Of a stretch of 64,000 nt of DNA, positions 36,717-48,060 are shown piece by piece. Source of the stretch: Camelus dromedarius. Taxonomy: Eukaryota. Positions within the stretch are counted from its first letter, which is position 1, and the number at the start of each line of letters is the position of its first letter. Location: the NCBI RefSeq assembly GCF_036321535.1, contig NC_087437.1:28274001-28338000 (forward strand). Direction: 5' to 3'. The translations under genes and the position numbers were made by a program. The notes under the pieces are model-generated. The model ran no database searches. It was not told the origin of the DNA and saw only the letters and a list, made by a program, of their open reading frames with translations.

Positions 36717-37217
36717 TGTGGTAGTCTGAAAAATGCCCCCTCACCTCAAAAAAAAAAAAAAAGATACTTACATAAAATCCATGGAAACTATGAATGTTAC
36801 CTTATTTGGAAAAAAGGACTTTGTCAGACGTGATTAAATTAAGGATCTTGAAATGAGGGGATAATCCTGAATTAGCTTGGTGGGCCCTAAATCCATTGAC
36901 AAGTTTCCTTTTAAGGGAAAGGCACGGGGATAATTTAGAAAGATGGAAGAGGAGAAAATACTGACACAGAGCAAAGAATGCAATGTGAAGACGGAGTCAG
37001 AGATTAGAGTGATGTGGCCCCAAGCCCAGCCATGCCAAGATAGCCAATAGAAGCTGGAAGAGAAAAGAAACAATTTATCCCTTAGAGCTCCCAAAAGACG
37101 TTCAGCCCTAGAGATTTCAGACTTCCAGACTCCAGAACTGTGGAAAGATACATTTCTATGCTCTGAAACTACCAAGTTTGTGGTCATTTATTACAGCAGC
37201 TTCAGAAAACAAATACA
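36717..37217 (+). mobile_element. MLT1D-like LTR
   Basis: tgtggtagtctgaaaaatgcccc...gattaaattaaggatcttgaaatg...acagcagcttcagaaaacaaataca. Confidence 0.9.
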
Positions 37218-37623
37218 ATGTCTTCTTTTTTGCATATATGTCCACTCAATTGCCAATAGCTATAACATAGCTAGTTATAAGAGGAGAACTTATTAATATT
37301 TGTTTTTGCTTAAATATAATAAAGATTAGAATGTTATAAATTGTATAAACCCATTTATATACAAAGAGTGATTCAGAAACTAAATATTGGAAGAAATACC
37401 ACTATAATATCCATTTGGGAGAGTGAAAGGGATTATCTGAAAATAAATCCTTCTTAGCTTCATTAGATTAGATTAGATAGAGGATAAAAATGCCTCTCAT
37501 AGAGTATCTTCTGAAATACAAAAATGGCTGAATTTATTCAACTAGCCCAAGATTCACATTGTTGAGGTTATGTGTGTCCTAGTATGTCATTGGAGACTTG
37601 GGAACATTTTAGGGACATAGCAG

Positions 37624-37860
37624 ATCATTCATTCTTCATTTAACGTTTATTCAGTGGTTACTGGTACTGGGCGTTGTTCTAGGTGCTGGATCTACAGTGG
37701 TGAGCAAAACTAAGAAAGTCTGTACCTCGAGGCATTTATATTCTCTTGGGAGAGACAGATAAGAAACAGGTAAATAAATATCTGTTATCAAATAGTGATA
37801 TATAATGAAGGAAAATAAAGCAAGAGGAAATATTCACCGAGACAGAGAATGCTATTTTTA
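37624..37860 (-). mobile_element. L2 3' end
   Basis: tcattcattc...gttctaggtgctggatctacagtggtgagcaaaac. Confidence 0.85.
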
Positions 37861-37869
37861 GTGAAGACT

Positions 37870-38291
37870 TTTAATTATCCTCAATATCCATTTTCCTGAG
37901 TGATAGCAGGAAACTTGGCTACCTGGTTAGAAACTACATTTCTCAGCCTCCTTTGCTGTTGGGTTTACCATCTGACAATGTTTTTAACCAATAGAACATG
38001 AAGGAAAATGACAAGAGTAGATTTCAAGACACATACTTAATAGAGAACACCCTTCTTTCTCCTTCTTCCCTTGGTTGAAATGTGAACCAACTTAAACATT
38101 GACTGTAGGGAATGATCCCAAATAGAAGAGACCTGTATCCCTGAAAGATGTCTGGAAGAAGAGGTGCCTCTCTATCTTGGATCCCCTGCTTATTTCTGGA
38201 ATGTTATTAGAAAGACAAATGCATGTCTTTCTTGAAAATCTCAATATTGGGTCTCTTTATGATAGCAGCTAAGCCTGTACCCTAACAAATA
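37870..38291 (+). mobile_element. MaLR LTR (MLT1H/I/J-like)
   Basis: actacatttctcagcctcctttgc...gggtctctttatgatagcagctaagcctgtaccctaac. Confidence 0.75.
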
Positions 38292-38313
38292 AATATTTTT
38301 AATTAACATGATT

Positions 38314-39111
38314 TGTTAGGGTTCCAAATCCAATTCCAGTATGTGTGGAACACCATCTGGGTGTTCTACAACTTTTCTCAATTTTGACACTATCTAACCA
38401 GAGGTAGAATCAGATTCCACAAGTTAATTGTTTAGTCCTGTAAGACTGTCCCAACCCCCAACTTCAGACTTCAGATGCCAATTGCAAGCCCAGTTTGTCA
38501 TCTATACTTCTGACCAACTGGCTATAAATCAGAGGTTCCCATGCTTCTTCCTGCAGTTTGATTAATTTGCAAGAGCAGCTCACAGAACTCAGAGAAACAT
38601 TTTACTTATGAAACCACCAGTTTATTATGAAAGAACGCAATTCAGGAACAGCCAGATGGAAGAGGTGCATAGGGCAAGGCATGGGGAAAGGTCAAGGAGC
38701 CTCCATGGCCTCCCCAGGTGTATCACTCTCCCAACACCTCCACATGTTCCTCAACCTGGAAGCTCTCCAAACCCTGTCCTTTGGGGTTTTTACATAGGCT
38801 TCATTGCATAGGCACAGCTGATTAAATCAGTGATCGCTGGCTATTGATTCAACCTCCAGCCCCATTCTCCTCCCCAAGGTTGGAGAATAGGTACTGAAAG
38901 TGGCAACCCTCTAATCACATGGTTGGTTCCCCTGGCAACTAGTCCCCACCCATAGGTTACCATTGGGCTTTCCAAAAATCACCTCTTTAACACAACAAAA
39001 GGTACCTTTATCTCTCTTATCACAAGAAAGTCCAAGGGTTTTAGGAGTTCTGTGTCTGGAATAGCGTGGAAAACCGAATACATATTTCTTATTATAAATG
39101 ACAGTATCTCA
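38314..39111 (-). mobile_element. MER21-like LTR
   Basis: cttcagatgccaattgcaagccc...cagctcacagaactcagagaaaca...atatttcttattataaatgacagtatctca. Confidence 0.85.
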
Positions 39112-39204
39112 CGTGGACTGGGTAGGCCTTTCTGAGCAGAGACCAAATGGACTAAGGGAGTGAAGATTGTGGAGAGGTAGGATGGTATGTTAAGAGCACT
39201 ATCT

Positions 39205-39675
39205 GCCTTAGTTCGGGTTGCTTCAAAAGAAAATCTTGTAAAAATTGAGGGGTGGGGGTTTACTTTTTTTTTTTGAAAGGTGATCCCAGGAAACACATTT
39301 AAAAGAGTGAGGAGAGATAAAGAAAAAAGAGAGATAAAAGCTGGTTACCCCTGAGTGTAATAGGAGCTCCACCCCATTCAGGAACTTCTGAGGAACTTTG
39401 TAGAACATGTCTCAGAATAATACCCTCTAAGAGATGAGGGACCAGAGGGTTTATCCACCATATCCATCCCCTACGTAGAGTTTCTTCTCTAGCATTAAAG
39501 ATCTAAGTTGAGCAAGTCCCCAAACAACAACCAGAAAAAGGTCTTAGGCTGACAAGTATAGATACCCAGGCTCTTGTGGTAGGAAGCTATAAGCTTTGTG
39601 GAAACTTACACTATGACAGCAGATGAACTCAGAAGTAGGCTAAGGAACTATGTGGAAGGATATTAACAGTGTCTG
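39205..39675 (-). mobile_element. LTR16-like ERVL LTR
   Basis: tgccttagttcgggtt...ggtgatcccaggaaacac...tgtctcagaat...ggtttatccacca. Confidence 0.65.
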
Positions 39676-39677
39676 AT

Positions 39678-39920
39678 GGCCAAGGTTCAAATCCTTGCTC
39701 TGCCATGTACTAGATGTGTGACTCTGCTACATACTAGGGATGTGACCTAGGATAAATTGCTCAGCCTCTCTGTACCTCAGTTTCCTCATCTGTAAAATAG
39801 ATATGGTTATAGCACCTACCTACTTCATAGGATTGTTGTATTATATATTTTAAAAGTTATTATATATGTAGTAATTAGAATAGCACTTATCACAAAGAGA
39901 GAATTATTTGTTATTATTAT
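39678..39920 (+). mobile_element. MIR SINE with short internal duplication
   Basis: ggttcaaatccttgctctgcc...cctctctgtacctcagtttcctcatctgtaaaat. Confidence 0.9.
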
Positions 39921-41905
39921 CTGAGATGACAATAAATTTATGAAATCTAAACCATAATCTGTTTATTGTTGAATTTCAGTGCTTGTCACAGAGCTTGACA
40001 ATAGTAGATGCTGTATAAATGTTTAATGAATAGACAACAAAGAAAGTTTGAGGCTATTACTAGACTTCTTGAATGTATAAGAGTATTAGAGGGAGAACCA
40101 GACTAGTCACCTGTAACCAATATCCTCGAAGGACTACCCAGAAGACATGTATAATATCACCCTAAGACGAACTTCATTGTGGGATCAGTGATTGGACTTG
40201 CTTCATGAAGGGTCTAAGGTACAGTTTAATAGGGTTTCACAAGCCTATTTGCTTCAGTAGTTTCCACATTCTCTTGGGTTATATTCACATTTCATAGAAA
40301 ACTCAGCTATAAATAAAATTGAGGGAGTTTTTTTTTTTTTTGACAAAATAGAAGAAAATCAAGGTCTAGACAGCTATTTCTTAAAGAAACCCTAAGCCAA
40401 GAGATTGTGCCGATAGTTAAGAATGTTGCCACTTGAAACCAAAAATTGAGGCTAAATTTGAAATTTCCAGGAGATTCCCTAAGGAACAGAAAGCTAAGGA
40501 AAGGCAAGGGAACTTTTGTTATGACTGTATGGGACAGACATGACTGTAGGGAACAGAGTGTAGAATCCTTGATGTAAGAAATGAGAGAAGAAACAATGTG
40601 TACTCCACACAGCAGGCAATTAGAGCCATCAGTGGACCACCATGGAGGATAGAACACACTGAAGGAGGATGCTTATTGAAAGTCTAATGTGGACCTCAAA
40701 CCTTTGCATTTAAGATTTAAAGAAGCACTTTAATTTAATCCTTATAATACTGCTTTGAATAACTAATATTATCCATGAAGTAATGCTAATCTATCTCAGT
40801 TCCAAATCCATGATATTTCCAGGCAAGTTAAAAGGAGTGAGAATATCATACAGTCCCTAAACATGAGCTATCTACTACACCCAGAATATTAGGGGAAAAA
40901 ACTCCTGAAGAATTTGCAAAAGAGCATAAGGATAAAAAAACGTCACCAAACGCTATGACTACCAACTCTGACCACTTCAATTATTTTAAAGCAAGGAAGG
41001 AAATATCAATTGCCTTAGCCCCTCTAAAAGTATCTCTGTGATTAGGATAAAATCTCATAGTTTTCCACAAAACAGAGAAAATAATAATGTCCTTCCAGAT
41101 GACCAAGTACATTTTAGATTCCAGAGGCTCTGTAGGAGAGGGGTCCTGCTAAGTGACCATGTGAGAACTCGGGTTCTCCAGAAAGGTGAGGTGGTGAAAA
41201 CTTTGAAGCTGGTGGTACCTTCGGAGGAAATACGGATTGTGAAAATACGCTCCACTTTAGTTTGCTTTGGTTCTGAAAGGAAACTACTTTAACAAAGAAT
41301 CTACTGTAAACTACAAAAGAGACCTTTTTTTTTTTTAAAGAGACCTTAACTTTTGAATTTAGGTAGACTGTGTAATATAGGTAACTTTTGCTTGGTTTTG
41401 CTTTTCAAAGGTGTATTGCTGACATTACAAATAATAGGTCTTTGGGATGCATCTGATTGTTTAGAAACTTTAAAGGAACTATGTATTTGGGGGTTTTGTT
41501 ATTGCTGGTTTTTCTTTTCTTTTTCTTTTTCTTTTTCTTTTGGTTTATGCGTTTGTTTCTTTTTTACTGTTTTTCATCACTGAGAAATGAATAAAGTAAA
41601 TGAGCGAGATCAAGTCTAAAGACCCTTTGCTAAAATTTCTTCAGCCATATCCATTAACAATATATCGGTTATCTCAACAAGCACCAAGGAGCAAAGGGAA
41701 CTGATTTCTTTTCAGATATTTTGTCTATGAAATTTTTCCTGGATAGGTTTTCTTTATATTTTAATCTGGCAATAAATTTCCAGTTGACACCAACCTTGCC
41801 ATCTTGTTTCACCGTGTAGAGACCCAGCCCAGCCTCATATGTTAATTGAATTTAGAAAAAAAAAAGTGATTATTTGAATTTCTATTAACAAGAAAAAAGT
41901 TTTTA

Positions 41906-41983
41906 TTAGGTTAAACTATATAAAGTTACTGGCATTAAACTATTTTTTGCTTCCAAGTTGCAATTTCATATACTTTGATCTAA
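41906..41983. mobile_element. MADE2-like mariner MITE
   Basis: 78 bp, ttaggttaaactata...gcaatttcatatactttgatctaa, flanked by TA on both sides. Confidence 0.75.
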
Positions 41984-42066
41984 TATATTCCTGGTACTTT
42001 TACCAGGAATAAGTGATTCCCTTACTAGTATCTCTACAGGTCAATGAGATTCTGGAATATACTCTT

Positions 42067-42097
42067 TTTTTAAACATTTTTTATTGAATTATAGTCA
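42067..42097 (-). mobile_element. 31-bp extremely 5'-truncated L1 3' end
   Basis: Perfect 14-bp TSD TGGAATATACTCTT at 42053-42066 and 42098-42111; insert resembles the L1 end at 47660-47690. Confidence 0.8.
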
Positions 42098-42264
42098 TGG
42101 AATATACTCTTGATTATGAAAGATTAAATACAATTATGGTCTGAGAGACTATTACCTAAATTTTGGAAGCAGTAGTGTTTGTAAAGCATAACAAAGTATT
42201 CTGTTAACCACATACTTTATTAATTTTTATTTGTTTGTGCAACAGTGTTGTTAAGCTTGTACCA

Positions 42265-42505
42265 TAATATGGTGACTTTAAAATATAGGACCTAGAGTCA
42301 AAATTCATGGATTTCAACCCTGGTCTTCCCCATATTTTAGTATGTAACACTCTCCATATTCATTTATGTCTTCATGTCAAATGTTCCTTTTCTATAAATG
42401 GGGACACCAATAATGACATTTGACTCATAGAATTGCATGAATTAAGTGAAATAAAAACTGTGCCTCACAGTACCTGGCTCATAGTAACCACTCAGTAAAA
42501 GTGAG
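42265..42505 (+). mobile_element. MIR SINE
   Basis: ctagagtcaaa...ttccttttctataaatgggg...cagtacctggctcatagtaaccactcagtaaa. Confidence 0.75.
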
Positions 42506-42509
42506 CAAA

Positions 42510-42880
42510 ATAGGTAATTCTGTTGTCTTGGAGCTAACAGTAAGGGAGACAGACATAAATACCACAACTGCCATAAGTTTTATAAAGAAGAAGTGTGCAG
42601 TCCTACACAGGTATGAGTAAGATACTCTGTGGCAATCAGGAAAATCTTCCTTTGGAAAATGAGCATTTAGCTGAGGTCTGAAGGATAAACGCTAATAAAT
42701 CAGGTGAAAATTTGGGGGAAAGCATTCCAGGCAGAGGAAAATCCATGCCCTGTATTTTGAGAGAGTATGCATTTGGGGAAACTGAATAAGGCCAGCAAGT
42801 CTAGGTGCCCAACTTATGCAAGTGAGGAAGAAGTTGGGGCCAAGTCACATGGGGTCTTTTAAGTCATGTAAATTCCTTTA
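42510..42880 (-). mobile_element. L2 fragment
   Basis: catttagctgaggtctgaaggataa...aagcattccaggcagaggaaa. Confidence 0.8.
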
Positions 42881-43079
42881 AATTAAGGAGTGAAGTCATT
42901 GCCCAACTATGCTGCATAACAGAAACCTTTTTCTTCTTAAAATAACTGGTGTGATTTTTTTGTTTTGTGGTGTTTATTAAAAATAATTTGATGTAACTTG
43001 GCTTCCTGCAATTTTTTAAATGAAGGTGGACAGACTATTTTTGGTCCAGTTTCTCTATTTTAAATACATATATAATTTC

Positions 43080-43270
43080 CAAAATTCCCTTAAATGTGAG
43101 GTTTGAGGGCACAGTCCTCTAGATTGTTTTCCCAAGACTTCTGACACCAACTACAAGTTAAGGGGCTTCCCAACCACCCTCTGGTTTGAGAATTCACTAG
43201 GAGTGCTTACAGGACTCACTGAGAGCTATTGTATACATGGTTATGGTTTATTACAGGGAAAGGATACATA
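43080..43270 (-). mobile_element. MER21-like LTR fragment
   Basis: cttctgacaccaactacaagtt...ggttatggtttattacagggaaaggataca. Confidence 0.7.
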
Positions 43271-43274
43271 CCCT

Positions 43275-43812
43275 TCATCCTTACTTACAGATTAAGAAAT
43301 AGTGAAAATAAAATAGAAAACAAAGGCACATTAAATGAATCAAAAAAGTTAAAGTGAATTACTGTTTCCTTGAGAAAATTATGGCAAGATTGATGAAGGA
43401 GAAGGAGGAGAGGAAGGTGGAGGGAATAGTGAGGAGGTAGAGATGGGTGAGATTAAAGAATTAACATTAGAAATTTAAGGGAGACTTAACAGATGCAAAA
43501 ATTTAAACATAATATAAGGATATTATGAACAACTTTATTTCAATAAATGTGAACACTTACATAAAATGGTCAAATTCCTAGAAATCGAATCCAGAAGAAA
43601 AACACCATAGTCCGATAACCATTAAAGTGCTTGAACTGCTAGTGAAAACATCTTCCCACAAACCAAAAACAAAAGTAAAACAAGTTCAGGTATGGCTTTT
43701 TCAGCAAGTTCTACCAAACACCAAACACCAAACACACACATACACACACACAAAACCACTTTAGTCTTACATACACTGAACCAAAGTATATAGAAGAAGA
43801 GGAAACATTTCA
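43275..43812 (+). mobile_element. Old L1 ORF2 fragment
   Basis: gatattatgaacaactttat...aaatggtcaaattcctagaaa...ttctaccaaaca. Confidence 0.75.
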
Positions 43813-44949
43813 CCACAAGCAGCCTAGATTCAAAGTCAGGGGACTTAAACTCCACCTCTTATGGAAGAAACAGCAAAGAATTTGTAACTCATCTTTAATC
43901 GACCACAAAGTGGTTATCTAAAACATTGTAATAAGGTGGAGAGTGTCACTGGATCTCTTCATTTATTTCAAAGAAAACAGCAAAGTAGACGTAAGCTTAC
44001 ATAGAGTAGTAGTACTATAAATTAAACTTGCAATGATATTTATTTTATTTGTGGTGTTTTAAAATGGAATCTCCAAACAAATGAAATAGCTAATACTACT
44101 ATACAGATGATGGAGAATAAGGGGCAACCTGCACGTATCTTACAGAGAATTAGCTCTGTCATATTACACATCTTCACTGGTACTCATATAAACTGATTCT
44201 GTCTGTGCTTTGCAATTTTTGCCGTCCTACATTTGGGGAATGTAACAAATTCTTTTTACTAAAAAAGTATGTATTTCCACTTAAGTACACTATTTAGATA
44301 TGTCTTTAATCCATTTGCACATATTTTTATCATCTCTTACAGATTGTCTTGCACACAATAGGCATTCAGTATTTGTTGAAATTCTTGAAAGGAAAGATGA
44401 GCAGAAAAGTTCTAAGAAGACAATAATCTGCTTTGTAATTTATAGGAAGCAATTGTGTCGAACATTTATAACAATGATGAGGAAGAACAATTCCTGAACT
44501 TAACCTAAACCCTAATGAAGGCAACTTGCCAGTTTCCCTTGCTATATCTATAGCACATGCTCCCTAGAGTATTACTTCACTGCAACTACCTATTATTTAT
44601 GTTTCATCTGCTATATTTTAAACAAAGTTGTAAAAAAATTGTAAGAATGCTTTTGTCTCAAATTTGGATTTTAGTTCATTCTATGGTGTGTATATGACTT
44701 TGTTACTTCTTATATATGGGGACCAGGAAGATCAAAACTATATTAATGGCAGATTTCTAGTACAATATTTTTGTTAATAACTCTGTCAAAGTCTTTTATA
44801 TATGAGCTTGATGGATTATTCTTTACTTTTGAAAATTTATTTTAAGAAAGTTTTTTTTTTGGAGATGGATTATAAGTATACAGACATGTATTCTTATGTA
44901 TTGACAACTATCTAAAATTCTATAATACTTTCCTTTTATCTTGCAACCT

Positions 44950-45420
44950 TTCATTCACCCATTCAAGAAATTTTAGTTGAACTCTGACAATGTTCCTAAT
45001 GCTATGATAGGCATTGAGGTCAAATTGTGACTAGAAAATGCTGCCAGGTAAAATGCAGGATTCCCACTTACATTTGAATTTTAGGTAAACAACATACTTA
45101 TACTAAAACTTATTGTTTACCTGAAATTCAAATATAACTGGGTGTCCTGTAATCTTTTTAAATTTTATTTTATTTATGCATGCATATTAATTATGACAGC
45201 CCTAGTAAAAATACTGTTACTGATCTGTCATAATTTAAAGTCCATTGGGCAAGGCAGATACTAATCAAATAATCTTGCAGGTAAATGAAAAATTATACCG
45301 AAGTGTTACCAAGGCTAGGTATAGAGCTATAAAAGGATAAAATAGTCAGTAGAGAAACCTGGTCAGGAAGGGAACATCAGGAGAGACATCCCTGTCATGG
45401 TGACAGTGGACCAGAGGCAC
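44950..45420 (-). mobile_element. L2 3' fragment split by a MER53-like MITE
   Basis: ttcattcacccattcaagaaa before and ggcagatactaatcaaataatc after the MITE. Confidence 0.6.
45037..45203. mobile_element. MER53-like palindromic MITE
   Basis: tgccaggtaaaatgcagga...tttgaattttaggtaaacaa / ttgtttacctgaaattcaaa...ctgggtgtcctgta...cagccct. Confidence 0.85.
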
Positions 45421-46416
45421 TACAGGGAACTACACTACAGGCACTACAGAGATAATCTCATGCTATATTTTAAATGACAATTTTATATTAAAGGGGGATG
45501 TATCTAACTTTTATGGTATGAGTAGTAGGAAGCCTGACTGCACACTGTGAGGCAGAAGCAAAGACTTGTTTTTTAGGGGAGACGCAGTGTCTTTCCTATT
45601 TGGCTTCTGACTGATAATGAAGCCAGATGGTGCAAATTTTAGCCCTGTGTGTAAAGGTGATATAGGAGAGGTACATTTCGATATTCAATCCCCAATATTA
45701 TAGGCATTTTCTGGGATCAGAGAAGAAAAGTTGCTTGTCCCATCAGGTCCGTGGCCTTCGCTTCTGCCAGAAGTGAGAGGGAAACATGCCTGGTTCGAAG
45801 TAGGAGGGGAGACTACTCAACACAGGCTGGTGGGAAAAACAAATCTATGATGCACTCACATGGGAGCTGCCAGACAGGAGTGTTGCAAGTGACCACACCC
45901 AGCAGTGCCTCTGGCAGGATTCAGGCTCTCAGACTTTCCCAACAGCCCAGCACATAATTCCTCCCCGCTTTCCAAGTTTGTCTGTGCATGTAATATAAAA
46001 AAAAAAAAAAGTCTTATATAGTTGTATTAATTATTTAGCTTTTGAATATGATCATTGTTCATCAGCATCATTATAACGAGAACAATCCTGCCTCAGGTTT
46101 ATATATGTTATTCCCATATGTTCAGGCTCCTTTAATTGTCTTATTTATCTTTTTGATGTCTGCTAAATAAAAGCAAGAGTGACTGTTATTACACCAGTTT
46201 TTATGGATGCAGGAACCTGAGCGTAGTCTCTCTAGGTGAGTTGCCAAGTTCCTTTTCTGACACAATCCACAGCAGGCTAGACTGCTGACCCCTTCTCCTT
46301 ACTTTATCTGGAGCTGTATCAAGCTAGTCAGAAACGCAAGCACAAACTGACTGACTGAAAATAATTATCTTGAAAAAATATTCACAAATATAAATAATGT
46401 TAAATCACAAAGTACT

Positions 46417-46529
46417 AGGGGGAGAGTGTAGCTCAAGCAGTAGAGCACATGCTTAGCATGAATGAGGTCCTGGGTTCAATCCCCAGTACCTCCTCTAAAA
46501 ATAAATAAACCTAATTATCTCCCCCAGCC
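46417..46529 (+). mobile_element. tRNA-Ala-derived SINE (Vic-1-like, camelid)
   Basis: A box TAGCTCAAGCAGTAGAG, AGC anticodon-like loop (cttagca), B box GGTTCAATCC, tail aaaaataaataaacctaattatctccccc; perfect 16-bp TSD TAAATCACAAAGTACT at 46401-46416 and 46530-46545. Confidence 0.9.
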
Positions 46530-47635
46530 TAAATCACAAAGTACTTAGTTGTTTTGTTAAACCTTATCAAAAAATAAACTGATATATGTAACAGTGTAAA
46601 AAAGGCCACTTGTCAAATTATAATATGATTTGATTCCATGACTTTTTTATTATGGCAAATAACACTATTAGTGACTGCAACTTTTAACTCCCATAGATAG
46701 CATATGCTCTAAATTTCACTAATAAAGCATGTGTACTAAAACCTGTAAATGTGGTAATACTTAGGTTTTTTCCTCCAAAATTATTGAGTATTTTTGAATT
46801 GTAATAATGTATCCCTTCATAAAAAACCAGTGCTTATGGGGGTAAATTAAAGAAATCTGTGTTTTTAATATCTTAACTTCTTTGTATAGCACTTTGTTTT
46901 CTGAATAACAATATTTTTCATAACTGTCTCTATCTACCTTAAAAGATTTAATGTACATTGGCCTCTAACTTGGTATAAACATCAAATATATAAAGAATGT
47001 ATGGTTTTTATAGTTATGTAATGCTATATTTTTTAATGCAAATATTTTATTTTTCTAGAAAGGTTTAGAAATGAATACATGTGGTTTTTTTTTTGAAAGA
47101 GCCAGCTTTGGTTTACTCAACTTTATAAAAGCTAGAGAATTCCCTGCATATAATTAGAAACTCTACTGTTGAAATCCTACCTTTGTATGTTGGTTTCTAT
47201 CTTGTTTCTCTGAAATATGGACAGGTAAACTTCAGAAAAGAATTGACTATTTCCACATCAGACCTCAAAAATGATTTTACATTTTTTCTTCAGCTTGGGT
47301 ATGTTTGGAGCTGCCTTGGATACTGTAGAGCAAAAGCAGTTCTAGATTCTTCTTTGTCCCTCTCTCTGCAGTCAAAGCAACCCCAGTTTTATCTGTACCT
47401 GGAAACATTGCAAATAAAAAAGGGTTCCCCTGAAAGCGGTGACATTACTGGAACTGCAGAGCAGAAGTATATCTCCTAGATGTTCCAGACCATCTGTATG
47501 ACTTTTCGATCTGCGTATGAGATATGCCACCAGATTTTGAAATTAATTACTTAAGTTTTGAGGATTATTTTATAGTGAACACACCTGTGACTAATGAGAA
47601 TGTCGTGTTGTATTTCAGATGGGCTAGGATTTTTA

Positions 47636-47765
47636 TTTTTATTTTTTCAGCATTTTCTTTTTTTTTTTTAATTGAGTTATAGTCAGTTTACAATGCTGTG
47701 TCAATTTCTGGTGTACAGCACAATTTTTCAGTCATACATGAATATACACATATTCATTTTCATAT
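47636..47765 (-). mobile_element. Short young L1 3' end
   Basis: Poly-T then attgagttatagtcagtttacaatgctgtgtcaatttctggtgtacagca; TSD TAGGATTTTTA/TAGGAGTTTTA at 47625-47635 and 47766-47776. Confidence 0.85.
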
Positions 47766-47919
47766 TAGGAGTTTTAAAAGAAAGGAAAGAAGGAAAGTGG
47801 GGAGAAAGAGAGGGAGGAAGGAGGGGAGGAAGAAAGAAGGACTGTTTTAGAACTGCTACACACCATCTCTGTAGATTGCACGGAATTCCCTCTTCTACAG
47901 CACTATGTGGAAGATGAAG

Positions 47920-48060
47920 GGCACTTGAGCCCATACTTGCTGCCAAGCTCTGAGGTGCCAGAAACTATTTCTGGTGAATCCCTATCATAATCCTATGACA
48001 TTGGTGTATTAGTTCTACTTTACTAATGAGAAATCTAAAAATCAGAGAGATACTGAAAGA
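47920..48060 (-). mobile_element. MIR SINE
   Basis: cataatcctatgacattggtgtattagttctactttactaatgagaaatctaa. Confidence 0.6.

Noticed and set aside
45540..45970. GC-richer unique block with TGGGAA and ACCACA motifs as a promoter or enhancer
   Set aside because: Short motifs occur by chance; there is no CpG island or other support from sequence alone.
46418..46495. Functional tRNA-Ala(AGC) gene
   Set aside because: It has a SINE-type tail and a 16-bp TSD and lacks a T-run terminator, so it is a SINE copy.
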